64,000 nt of DNA from an uncultured Pseudomonadota bacterium (lineage in GTDB: Bacteria; Pseudomonadota; Alphaproteobacteria; Rhizobiales; Xanthobacteraceae), in the NCBI GenBank assembly GCA_963703755.1, contig CAVPGG010000115.1, forward strand, positions 3,108 to 67,107. The letters run 5' to 3'. This document shows positions 48,598-60,183 of this stretch, one piece after another (the stretch's first letter is position 1; every line of letters begins with the position of its first letter). Made by a program: the position numbers and the translations under genes. The notes beneath the pieces were generated by a model. The model saw only the letters and a program-made list of their open reading frames with translations, was not told the DNA's origin and ran no database searches.

Positions 48598-49557
48598 CTA
48601 CTTCGGCACCACCTGCGGGGCGGTCTGCGGCGCCGGCGCGGGTGCGGGAGCAGGCACCGGCGCAGGCTGCGCCGGCTTGTCGAGCCGCTCGATCTTCGCC
48701 GCGGCGCGCAGCTTGGTGACGAGGTCGACCTGCGCCTTGCGCTCGACATAGCTCTGGAGCTGGTTCTTGACCTTGTCGAACTCGGGCGCCGGCTTCTTGC
48801 GCTTGTCCTCGACCTTGACGACGTGCCAGCCGAACTGGGTGCGCACCGGCTGCGCGGAGTACTTGCCCTTGTCGAGCGCGAAGGCGATCGCCGCGAATTC
48901 CGGCACCATCTGGTCCTTGGTGAAATAGCCGAGATCGCCGCCGTCCTTGCGGCCCGAGGGATCCTCGGTGAGCTCGTTGGCGATCTTGGCGAAGTCCTCG
49001 CCCTTGGCGAGCCGCGCAATCACCGCCTTCGCCTTCTCCTCAGCCGCCTTGCTCTCCTTCTCGTCGTTCGGGTTGGCGACGCGGAACAGAATATGGCGCG
49101 CGTGCACCTCTTCCTCGTTGCCCATCTGCTTGACGGCTTCGTCATAGACCGCGTGCAGCGCCTTGTCGTTGACCGCATTGCGGCCCTCGTTCTGCAGCAG
49201 GGTCTCCATCAGCACCTTGTTGCGCGCGAAGGCGACATGCCGCTTGAAGTCGGGGTCGTCCTGCAGCCGCTTCTCCTCGGCCGCCTGCGCGAGCAGGATC
49301 ATGTCGGTGAGATAGTTCACCAGATACTCGCGCTTGGCGGCCTCGTTGCCTTGCGGGAGATTCTGCCCCACGTCCTCCTCGGCGAGCGTGAGATCGCTCT
49401 GGTGGATCTCGATGCCGTTGACCTTGGCGATGACCGGGTCTTCGGCCGCCTGGGCGAACACCGCGAACGTCGCGGCGGCGAGCAGCGCGGCTGCCCCGGC
49501 GGCGACCAGCGCCAGCCGGCGCGGCGCCGAAAGGGGCGAAACAGACAATCTAGTCAT
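48598..49557 (-). CDS. periplasmic peptidyl-prolyl cis-trans isomerase, parvulin (PpiC/SurA-like) type
   Basis: This lies within ORF 48598..49629, with the start at ATG 49557 (MTRLSVSPLSAPRRLALVAAGAAALLAAATFAVFAQA). The rotamase domain is ..HARHILFRV..GGDLGYFTKDQMVPEFA..FGWHVVKVEDKR... Confidence 0.85.
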   Translation of the reverse strand: MTRLSVSPLSAPRRLALVAAGAAALLAAATFAVFAQAAEDPVIAKVNGIEIHQSDLTLAEEDVGQNLPQGNEAAKREYLVNYLTDMILLAQAAEEKRLQDDPDFKRHVAFARNKVLMETLLQNEGRNAVNDKALHAVYDEAVKQMGNEEEVHARHILFRVANPNDEKESKAAEEKAKAVIARLAKGEDFAKIANELTEDPSGRKDGGDLGYFTKDQMVPEFAAIAFALDKGKYSAQPVRTQFGWHVVKVEDKRKKPAPEFDKVKNQLQSYVERKAQVDLVTKLRAAAKIERLDKPAQPAPVPAPAPAPAPQTAPQVVPK

Positions 49558-49751
49558 GGAGATATCCTTGAGGCACGTCAGGGCGGGCGGTCGCCGCCGG
49601 TCCAGCATTCGCGGCGGACACTCGCGCAATCGACCGTAAATCGCAACGGTATATCCCGATTAATTTCCAACCGGGCGCGAATGGGACGGTGCGAAATGGC
49701 GCACAACCTCTGCCGCTTTGTTGCCGCGCCGTGACGGCGCCCGCCGGCCAA

Positions 49752-49780
49752 TTGACAAGCTTCCGACCCCCTCCTATCTC
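49752..49780 (+). promoter_or_regulatory. candidate sigma70-type promoter upstream of secA
   Basis: TTGACA (49752-49757), a 17-nt spacer, then TATCTC (49775-49780). It lies ~140 nt upstream of the secA ATG. This is a pattern match only. Confidence 0.25.
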
Positions 49781-49918
49781 TCGGCAAACTCGCCGGTTTC
49801 CCGTGAGGCCATCGCGCCTTGACCTTGCCCAGAAAGCGACCGATGCCATCGCGTCGGGGCGCGTGCCGGCCGCCCAGCCGGCGAAAGCAACCCATCGGCG
49901 GAAGATAGAGGATCCGGC

Positions 49919-52804
<2,886 letters not shown>

Positions 52805-52810
52805 GACGCA

Positions 52811-52876
52811 GCGAATGGCGAATAGGAATAGCGAATAGGGCGGCGTCCCCATTTGCTATTCGCAACTCGCTATTCG
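52811..52876. repeat. GCGAATAG-type inverted repeat (family 3), probable bidirectional terminator region
   Basis: GCGAATGGCGAATAGGAATAGCGAATAGG pairs with CTATTCGCAACTCGCTATTCG. The element fills the spacer between the convergent genes secA and the L,D-transpeptidase gene. It is related to 30046-30121. Confidence 0.5.
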
Positions 52877-52879
52877 TGC

Positions 52880-54316
52880 TTAGTGCAGTCCGCCCCAGCG
52901 GCTCTCGAAGCTCGACGCGGAGACGACCGGCGCCGCGCCGGCGATCAGGCTGGGGGGTGCCGGGGCGGGCGCGGTCGCAACGCTCGGCGCCGCCGGCTGG
53001 GCCGGCGCTTGCGGCGGCGGCGCGGTCTTGCGCTCGGCGACCTGCGGACGCGGCGGCGCGTGCTGCGGGTGGCGCGCGGGCTCGGCTTTGGCCACGGCGG
53101 TCGGCCGCGGCTTGGGCAGCGGCGCTGGCTGCGCGAGTGCCGGCGGCGGATCGTCGTGCCCGCCGAACCAGCTGCTCGTATTGAACAGGCCGCTCACCAT
53201 CGAATGCGATTGCCCGGTGTCGGCCGAGGCGACGCGGGGGGGCGGCGGCGGCGGCGCGACCGAGGCGGTCGTGGTGTCGGCGTCCGGCGCGCGCGGCGGA
53301 TTGACGTTGTTGCCCATCGCCGGCACGTGCTGGCCCGGCCCGAACGAGATGATCGGGCTCATGGCGTTGAGCCGGTTCTCGTCCGCGCGCAGCTTGGCGA
53401 GGAAGAGGTGGTTCATGCCGCCGTCGATGCCGGTCTTGATCGCGACGGTCGGCGTGTTGCGGGCGACCAGCGCGGCGAACTCGCGGTCATCCTTCTGCTG
53501 CTTGGCGGCGACCGCCGAGGCGATCTCCTCCGGCACGCGATAGGCCGGGCAGGGGTGGCGCGGGTCGAAATGACCTTTGGTCTCGGCATTGAACACGTAG
53601 TGCTTGCCGCAAACGTCGACCTTCGGCTCCTGGTGCGTCACCTCGAAGATGTCGTTGCCTTGCTTGATCATGCGCCAGAACGGCATCGCCGGGTTGTTGC
53701 GATGGCGCGCCATGTTGAGCGCCGTCATGCGGAACGGATAGGCCTGGATCTGGAATTCCTTCTGCCCGCCGAGGAACGCCTCGCGGCCAAGCGCGTAGAT
53801 CTCGCCCATCTGCTCGTCCGTCATCGCGTAGCAGCCGGCCGAGGAGCAGTCGCCATGCACCATCAGGAAGGCGCCGGTGCGCTCGTTGGCGCGGTCATAG
53901 GCATTGGGGAAACCGGTGTCGAACGAGAGATAGTAGTTGGAGTTCGGATTCATCTGCCCGGGCTTGATCGGGTAGAAGCCCTCGGGCGCCTGGCGGTCGC
54001 CTTCCCGGATCTTCGGCCCGAGCGCGCCCGACCAGCGGCAGATCGGATAGGTCTTGAGCAGTGCGTATTGCCCGGAGGTGTCCTGCTTCCACACCTCCAT
54101 CTCCGCCTCTTCCTTGAAGATGCGGACGAGGATCGGGCTCTCCTTCGGCATGCTCTTCTGCGCGAGCTGCGCGACCATCTCGTCGGAGAGCGGCGCCATC
54201 GCGCGCGCCGGAATCATCGAGGATGTGCCGTCGGTCTCGCAGCCGGCCAGCGCGACCGCGCATGCAAGCGCGGCCGACGCCAATAGCGTGCGGGCCCGAG
54301 CTGGGTCGCGCTTCAA
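52880..54316 (-). CDS. L,D-transpeptidase family lipoprotein (YkuD domain) with Pro-rich C-terminal tail
   Basis: ORF 52880..54316 has a TTG start with GGGGGAG upstream and a lipobox LAGC. The catalytic region is ..GAFLMVHGDCSSAGCYAM... Confidence 0.85.
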   Translation of the reverse strand: MKRDPARARTLLASAALACAVALAGCETDGTSSMIPARAMAPLSDEMVAQLAQKSMPKESPILVRIFKEEAEMEVWKQDTSGQYALLKTYPICRWSGALGPKIREGDRQAPEGFYPIKPGQMNPNSNYYLSFDTGFPNAYDRANERTGAFLMVHGDCSSAGCYAMTDEQMGEIYALGREAFLGGQKEFQIQAYPFRMTALNMARHRNNPAMPFWRMIKQGNDIFEVTHQEPKVDVCGKHYVFNAETKGHFDPRHPCPAYRVPEEIASAVAAKQQKDDREFAALVARNTPTVAIKTGIDGGMNHLFLAKLRADENRLNAMSPIISFGPGQHVPAMGNNVNPPRAPDADTTTASVAPPPPPPRVASADTGQSHSMVSGLFNTSSWFGGHDDPPPALAQPAPLPKPRPTAVAKAEPARHPQHAPPRPQVAERKTAPPPQAPAQPAAPSVATAPAPAPPSLIAGAAPVVSASSFESRWGGLH

Positions 54317-54591
54317 CGCAATACTCCCCCTGCGGTGGCGCTCAGCGTACCTACGTTCAAGGATCGTTATCCTTAAGATGTGGTCTAAGCAAGGCGAAGT
54401 TCTCCAGACTGCCGTTTCAGCACGGGGTTGGTGAACAATTGGTAAACTGATCCCCCGAGTTGTTCCTGGCGTCGGTAAAATATCGCTCCACTGTAAGCGG
54501 CCAATCTATACATAGAAATATTCGAAACAATTGTGGCAATACGCGGCCGAATACGCTGAAGTTCGGCAGAAAAGCTCAGTAACGTCTTGTA

Positions 54592-55549
54592 TCACATCAT
54601 CGAACGGCCGATGGCGAGGAATTTCTCCCGCCGCTGCCGCCGCACCGTCTCGCGGTCGAGGCCGGCGAGCTCGCCGAGCGCCGCCGCGATGGCGTCGCCG
54701 GTCGCCGCGATCGCTGCGGGCGGATCGCGATGAGCGCCGCCAACCGGTTCCGGCACGATCGCGTCGATCACCCCGAAGCGGGTGAGGTCGTCCGCCGTGA
54801 TCTTCATATTGGTGGCCGCGTCCTGCGCCTTGGAGGTATCGCGCCACAGGATCGAGGCGGCGCCTTCCGGCGAAATCACGCTGTAGATCGCGTGCTCGCA
54901 GCATCAGCACGCGGTTGGCGGTCGCGATCGCGATGGCGCCGCCCGAGCCGCCTTCGCCGAGGATCACGGCGATGTTGGGCACGCCGAGCGAGAGACACGC
55001 ATCGGTCGAGCGCGCGATCGCCTCGGCCTGGCCGCGCTCCTCGGCGCCGATGCCCGGATAGGCGCCCGCGGTGTCGACCAGCGCGAGCACCGGGATGTCG
55101 AAGCGGTCGGCCATCTCCATCAGCCGCACCGCCTTGCGGTAGCCCTCCGGCTTGGCCATGCCGAAATTGTGCTTGAGCCGGCTCTCCGTGGTCGAGCCGC
55201 GCTCGTGCCCGATCACGCACACGCTCTCGCCGCGGAAGCGGCCGAAGCCGCCGACGATCGCCTCGTCGTCACCGAACTTGCGGTCGCCCGCGAACGGCAC
55301 GAACTCGGTCACCAGCCCGCCGATGTAGTCGAGGCAATGCGGGCGCTGCGGATGGCGCGCGACCTGCGTCTTCTGCCACGGCGTGAGCTCGGCATAGAGC
55401 TCGGCGAGCTCGGCGGACGCTTTCGCCTCGAGCCGGCCGATCTCCTCGCTGATCGCGGCCGAGTCGCCGGTCTCGGCGAGGGCGCGCAGCTCGTCGACCC
55501 TTGCCTCCAGCTCGGCGACCGGCTTTTCGAAATCGAGATAGCTGCGCAT
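54592..55549 (-). pseudogene. accA: acetyl-CoA carboxylase carboxyltransferase subunit alpha, one frameshift
   Basis: The N-terminal 215 aa or so come from ORF 54506..55549 ([42 protein letters not shown]). The C-terminus equals ORF 54592..54879 (..[13 protein letters not shown]..). The frames join near 54898 (ATGCTG-C-GAGCAC, one extra nt). The span is 958 nt, which is 3n+1. Confidence 0.9.
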
Positions 55550-55622
55550 CAGGCCTCGAAGCGGTGCCCCGCGATCGGGCGAAACAAGCCCGTGCAGGGG
55601 GCCAAGTCAAGCAATGGGGGCG

Positions 55623-56612
55623 CTACGGCTTCTCCGCCAGCGGATGCAGATCGCGCACCAGGCTCTTGAGCCGCTCGTCGAGCACGTGCGTGTAGATCTG
55701 CGTGGTCGAGATGTCGGCGTGGCCAAGCAGGGTCTGCACCACGCGCAGGTCCGCGCCGTTCTGCAGCAGGTGGCTCGCGAAGGCGTGGCGCAGCACGTGC
55801 GGACTGACCCGCGCGGTCGCGATGCCGGCCGCGCCGGCAAGCGCCTTGAGCTCGCGCGCGGCGTGCTGGCGGGTGAGGTGGCCGCTTTCGCCGAAGGAGG
55901 GAAACAGCCATTTCGATCCGGCATCGCGCTCGCCTTCGGCCACGCGCGCCAGATAGTCGCGCATCGCCCGCTTCGCCGCCTCGTTGAGCGGCACCAGCCG
56001 TTCCTTGCCGCCCTTGCCGCGCACCACCAGCATGCGCTCGTCGCGCCGCGCCGCCGCGGCCGGCAGCGCGATCAGCTCGGAGACGCGCAGACCGGTGGCG
56101 TAGAGCACCTCGAGCAGGCAGGCGAGGCGCAGCCAGCGCAGCCGCTCGGCGGCGGAGCGTGTCGCGTCGGCCGCGCCCGCGTGCGCGGACGCGAGCAGGC
56201 GGTCGACCTCGGCGATCGAGAGCACCTTCGGCAGCGTGCGCCCGCGCTTCGGCCCCTCGATGACCGCCGCCGGGTCGTCGCGCCGATGTCCTTCCGTATA
56301 GAGGAAACGGTAGAGCTGGCGCACCGCCGACAGCCGGCGCGCGACCGATGACGCCTTGAAGCCGCGCTGCGCCAGCGCCGCCAGATAGTCGCGCAGCTCG
56401 TCCGTGGTCGCGGCCGCCACCGTGCTGCCGGCGGCGGCGAGATGCTGGGCGAGATCGTCGAGGTCGCGCCCGTAGGCTTCGAGCGTGTTCGTCCCGGCGC
56501 CGCGCTCGGCCGCCAGCATGTCGAGGAACAATCCGGCCAGGCGCTGCGCCGATGCCTTCGCCGCCTTGCCGGCGGGCTGCTTCGCGTTCTGCTGCTTCGC
56601 TCGGCGCGCCAT
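55623..56612 (-). CDS. xerD: site-specific tyrosine recombinase XerD
   Basis: This lies within ORF 55623..56810, with the start at ATG 56612 (MARRAKQQNAK..). The catalytic residues are in context: ..ATGLRVSELI.., ..HVLRHAFASHLL.. and ..LLGHADISTTQIYTHV... Confidence 0.9.
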   Translation of the reverse strand: MARRAKQQNAKQPAGKAAKASAQRLAGLFLDMLAAERGAGTNTLEAYGRDLDDLAQHLAAAGSTVAAATTDELRDYLAALAQRGFKASSVARRLSAVRQLYRFLYTEGHRRDDPAAVIEGPKRGRTLPKVLSIAEVDRLLASAHAGAADATRSAAERLRWLRLACLLEVLYATGLRVSELIALPAAAARRDERMLVVRGKGGKERLVPLNEAAKRAMRDYLARVAEGERDAGSKWLFPSFGESGHLTRQHAARELKALAGAAGIATARVSPHVLRHAFASHLLQNGADLRVVQTLLGHADISTTQIYTHVLDERLKSLVRDLHPLAEKP

Positions 56613-56623
56613 CGCGGCCCGCC

Positions 56624-56776
56624 TCAATGCGGCTGCTTGACGAATTTTTCGGGCGGGACCGTCACGGTGATCTCGCGTTGCTTGGGATGGACGAAGGTCG
56701 CGAGCGACCACAGCACGCCGTAGCAGATGCCGAAGATGATCCCGATCACCGTGATAAATCGCAGCAGGCTCGGCAT
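56624..56776 (-). CDS. small hydrophobic protein, 50 aa (not in ORF track)
   Basis: Hand translation from ATG 56776 gives MPSLLRFITVIGIIFGICYGVLWSLATFVHPKQREITVTVPPEKFVKQPH*, with the stop at 56626-56624. It has one TM helix and strongly GC-rich third codon positions. It lies between the histidine kinase and xerD on the same strand. Confidence 0.5.
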   Translation of the reverse strand: MPSLLRFITVIGIIFGICYGVLWSLATFVHPKQREITVTVPPEKFVKQPH

Positions 56777-56846
56777 TTATGCAACGCTCCGCGGCAACTC
56801 CGATTCGCAAGGCGGTACGGCACTTCTAAGGCGCTGCCACGACCCG

Positions 56847-58088
56847 TCAAGCGGCCGGCAAGGTGACGCGCAGGCAGCTCGGCTGGCCGGGGCGCGGCGC
56901 GACCGTGGCGTCGCCGCCGTGCAGCCGTGCGATCTGCCGCACCAGCGCCAGGCCGAGGCCGGCGCCTTTGCTCGCGCCGCCGACGCGGTGGAACGGCGCG
57001 AACACCTGGTCGCGCTCGGATTGCGGAATGCCGGCGCCGCCGTCCGCCACCTCGATCACAGCCTGCGCGTTGCGGCGCGCGACCGTGACGGCGACCGGCG
57101 GCGCGCCGTGCAGCTGCGCATTGTCGAGCAGGTTGCGCACGAGCCGGCGCAGCAGGCGCGCATCGCCGCGCACCGTCACGGGAGCGCCGGTGAGCGCGCA
57201 GTCCTCGTAACGCGCGCATTCCTCCGCCGTGAGCCCGAGGAGGTCGAGTGGCTCGGTCTGCAGCGCCGGCGCGGCGTCGAGCCGGCTCGCCAGCAGGATC
57301 TCGTCGATCAGGAGATCGAGCTCGGCGATGTCGCGGGCGAGATCGGCCTTGAGCTTCGGGTCCTGGCGCTGCTCGTAGAGCTCGATGCCGAGGCGCAGCC
57401 GCGACAGCGGCGTGCGCAGCTCATGCGACGCATTGGCGAGCAGCAGGCGATGCGCGCCGACCAGCTCCTCGATGCGCGCCGCCGCGCGGTTGAAGCTTGC
57501 CGCCAGCCGCGCGACCTCGTCGCGGCCCTCGACCTCGACGCGCGCCGAGAGCCGGCCGGCGCCGAGCGTCTCGACGCCGGTCTGCAGCCGCTCGAGGCGG
57601 CGCGTGAGCCCGCGCACCACCGGATAGGCGCCGATCGCGACCGCGAGCGCGATGCCGCCGAGAAACAGCACGAGCCCGACCGCGGGATTGCTGTGCCGCA
57701 TCGGCGCGCGCGCGACGATCCAGCGGCCGTCGGGCAGGTGGAAGCTCCACGCCGGGCCGAGCCGGCCGTGCAGCCAGCCCCCGGTCGCGAGCCACTCGGG
57801 CGGCGGCGGCAGCGGCCGGCCGAAGGATGCGATCGGCCGGCCGAGCCCGTCGAACAGCGCAAGATCGATGCGCAGCTTGCGCCCGAGCTGCTCGATCGCC
57901 TGCTGTTGCTCGGCGCGCGGCGCATCCGCCGGCGGCAGCGCCGCGGCCGCGAGCTCGCCCGCCATCTCGAACGCCTGGGCCACCGGCATGCGGTCGCCGC
58001 CGAGCCGCCACACGCCGCCCGCGACCAGCACCACCAGCAGCAGGCTGCCGATGATGGTGAGATAGATCTTCTGGTAGAGGCGCTTCAT
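56847..58088 (-). CDS. sensor histidine kinase (2 TM, HAMP, HisKA, HATPase_c)
   Basis: ORF 56847..58088 contains the H-box LLANASHELRTPLSRL, an N-box LLDNAQLHG, and G-boxes VADGGAGIP and GAGLGLALV. Confidence 0.9.
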   Translation of the reverse strand: MKRLYQKIYLTIIGSLLLVVLVAGGVWRLGGDRMPVAQAFEMAGELAAAALPPADAPRAEQQQAIEQLGRKLRIDLALFDGLGRPIASFGRPLPPPPEWLATGGWLHGRLGPAWSFHLPDGRWIVARAPMRHSNPAVGLVLFLGGIALAVAIGAYPVVRGLTRRLERLQTGVETLGAGRLSARVEVEGRDEVARLAASFNRAAARIEELVGAHRLLLANASHELRTPLSRLRLGIELYEQRQDPKLKADLARDIAELDLLIDEILLASRLDAAPALQTEPLDLLGLTAEECARYEDCALTGAPVTVRGDARLLRRLVRNLLDNAQLHGAPPVAVTVARRNAQAVIEVADGGAGIPQSERDQVFAPFHRVGGASKGAGLGLALVRQIARLHGGDATVAPRPGQPSCLRVTLPAA

Positions 58089-58109
58089 CCGCTGCTCGTC
58101 GCCCCGCCC

Positions 58110-58793
58110 TCAATCCTGCGCCTTGGCTAAGACGTAGCCGGCGCCGCGCACGGTGATCACCCGGCGCGGCTTCTTCGGATTGTCCTCGATCGCGGCGCGG
58201 ATGCGCGAGATGTGCACGTCGATCGAGCGGTCGAAGGCTTCGAGCTTCTCGTGCTTGAGCTGGTCCATGATCGCGTCGCGCGACATCACGCGGCCGGCGT
58301 GGCGCGCGAGCACGAGCAGCAGCGCGAACTGGTGGCTCGTGAGCATGCGCGGCTCGCCGTCGAGCCGCACCTCGAGCGCGGCCGGATCGATCTGTAGGCG
58401 GCCGAAGCGGAGAACGTCGGCGCTGCTCTCGGCGCCGCGCCGGCGCAGGATCGCCTTGAGCCGCGCCAACAGCTCGCGCGGCTCGAACGGCTTGGGCAGG
58501 TAGTCGTCGGCGCCCATTTCCAGGCCGACCACCCGGTCCATGGCGTCGCCGCGCGCGGTGAGCATCAGGATCGGCGTGTCGGCGCGCGCGCGGATCTCGC
58601 GGCACACGTCGAGCCCGTCCATGTCGGGCAGCATCAGGTCGAGGATCAGCGCGTCGAACGCCTCGCGGGTCGCGAGCGCGATGCCGCGCTTGCCAGCCGG
58701 CGCATGCGTGACCGAAAAGCCGGCCTCGCCGAGATAGCGTGCCACCATCTCGGCGAGACGCGGGTCGTCTTCGATCAGCAGGATGCGCGGCAT
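58110..58793 (-). CDS. OmpR/PhoB-family response regulator
   Basis: This lies within ORF 58110..58805, with the start at ATG 58793 (MPRILLIEDD) and GGGAG upstream. It has a receiver domain (..LILDLMLPDMDG..) and a winged helix (..IDVHISRIRAAIE..ITVRGAGYVL). Confidence 0.92.
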   Translation of the reverse strand: MPRILLIEDDPRLAEMVARYLGEAGFSVTHAPAGKRGIALATREAFDALILDLMLPDMDGLDVCREIRARADTPILMLTARGDAMDRVVGLEMGADDYLPKPFEPRELLARLKAILRRRGAESSADVLRFGRLQIDPAALEVRLDGEPRMLTSHQFALLLVLARHAGRVMSRDAIMDQLKHEKLEAFDRSIDVHISRIRAAIEDNPKKPRRVITVRGAGYVLAKAQD

Positions 58794-58814
58794 CACTCCC
58801 AACAATAGCGCGCC

Positions 58815-59402
58815 TTATCCGCGATGCCACATGCGCCAGTCGCCGCCGCCGCGCTCGCCGGGCGGCGGCAGCATGTCGCCGATCTTGCGCCGCTGCTCGG
58901 GGGTGAGCACGTCCGCGGCGTCGCCGAGCGCCTGGGTGATGCGCTTGGTCACGGCGTCGAGGTTGGCGATCTGCTCGGCGCGCAGCTTCTCGATCGCGGC
59001 GCGGTCGACGGTCGCCCCGGTGAGCAGCGCGCGCGCCTGCTGGCGCGCCGCCATGATCTTCTCGCGCATCGGCACGAGGTCGGTCACGGCGCCTTTCACG
59101 ATCGCCTCGAGCTTGGTGGTCTGGTCGGCGCTGGCATCGAGCTCGATCGCCAGGTGGCGCACCATGTGATCGGCGCGCGCGGCGATCTGCTCGGCCGTCA
59201 GCGGCGGGCCGCCGAACGGCCCGTGGAAGCCGCCCGGTCCCATCACGGTCATATGCCAGGGCGGGCCGAAGCCCTGGCCCAGCGACTGGGTCGCGAACGC
59301 GCCGACGAGGCCACCCGCCAGCGCGACGATCAGGACTCCCGCGACGGTGCGGGCGCGGCTGCGCCGGGCGACCGGGGGGATCGAACCAATTTGCTCGCTC
59401 AT
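58815..59402 (-). CDS. Spy/CpxP-family periplasmic protein (periplasmic heavy-metal-sensor-like)
   Basis: This is the tail of ORF 58815..59783, read from ATG 59402 (MSEQIGSIPPVARRSRARTVAGVLIVALAGGLVGAF). It has a helical region carrying an LTPEQ motif (..DAADVLTPEQRRKIGDML..). It is the first gene of the operon with the response regulator and kinase. Confidence 0.7.
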   Translation of the reverse strand: MSEQIGSIPPVARRSRARTVAGVLIVALAGGLVGAFATQSLGQGFGPPWHMTVMGPGGFHGPFGGPPLTAEQIAARADHMVRHLAIELDASADQTTKLEAIVKGAVTDLVPMREKIMAARQQARALLTGATVDRAAIEKLRAEQIANLDAVTKRITQALGDAADVLTPEQRRKIGDMLPPPGERGGGDWRMWHRG

Positions 59403-59481
59403 GAAGATCTCCTGCGAATGCGTGGCCGAACGCCACGGCCGCCAAGCTAGGCGGCGTGCGTTGCCGGGGCTTCTCGGCAAG

Positions 59482-59497
59482 GTAAAGTTTTGTAAAG
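59482..59497. promoter_or_regulatory. direct repeat GTAAAG-N4-GTAAAG, candidate OmpR-type response-regulator binding site
   Basis: GTAAAG occurs at 59482-59487 and 59492-59497, with 10-bp periodicity. The site is in an AT-richer patch ~80-95 bp upstream of the Spy-like gene ATG (59402). It lies in the spacer shared with divergent aroK. Confidence 0.3.
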
Positions 59498-59580
59498 GGA
59501 ATTCGGCGCGGTATCTCGTTGTGGCGGCGGTTGTTTCGCCGGCCTCTTTGTGGGACACCTCCGCCGCTGGACCGCAACCC

Positions 59581-60183
59581 ATGCCGGACATCGCACTGCC
59601 CGATCCCGCCCTTGCCAGGCCCGACGACACTGCGGTGATCGCGGCGCTCGGCCCGCGCGCGGTCGTGCTCGTCGGCATGATGGGATCGGGCAAGTCGTCG
59701 ATCGGGCGGCGGCTGGCAACGCGGCTCGGCATCGCCTTCGTCGATGCCGACGGCGAGATCGAGCAGGCGGCCGGCATGACCATCGCGGAGATCTTCGAGC
59801 GTCACGGCGAGCCCTATTTCCGCGCCGGCGAGGCGCGGGTGATCGCGCGCCTGCTCGACCAGGGCCCGCAGGTGCTGGCGACCGGCGGCGGCGCCTTCAT
59901 GAACGCCGAGACCCGCGCCGCGATCCGCCGCAAGGGCGTGTCGATCTGGCTCAAGGCGGAGCTCGAGGTGCTGCTCAAGCGCATCAAGCGGCGCGGCGAC
60001 CGGCCGCTGCTCAAGACCGACGATCCGGCCGCGACGCTCACGGCGTTGATCGCGCAGCGCTACCCGATCTATGCCGAGGCCGATCTCACGGTGCTGTCGC
60101 GCGACGTGCCGCACGACGCGATCGTCGACGAGATCGTGGCGGCGTTGAGTGTGCGTCTCGGCATGCCGGAGGCCGCCACATGA
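59581..60183 (+). CDS. aroK: shikimate kinase
   Basis: This is the tail of ORF 59347..60183, read from ATG 59581. It contains Walker A VLVGMMGSGKSSIGRRLA and ..ATGGGAF... Confidence 0.9.
   Translation: MPDIALPDPALARPDDTAVIAALGPRAVVLVGMMGSGKSSIGRRLATRLGIAFVDADGEIEQAAGMTIAEIFERHGEPYFRAGEARVIARLLDQGPQVLATGGGAFMNAETRAAIRRKGVSIWLKAELEVLLKRIKRRGDRPLLKTDDPAATLTALIAQRYPIYAEADLTVLSRDVPHDAIVDEIVAALSVRLGMPEAAT

Noticed and set aside
55623-56612. The tyrosine recombinase could mark an integrative element or genomic island.
   Set aside because: The sequence and context (next to accA, no att-like repeats, no tRNA, no phage or conjugation genes) fit the chromosomal dimer-resolution recombinase XerD.
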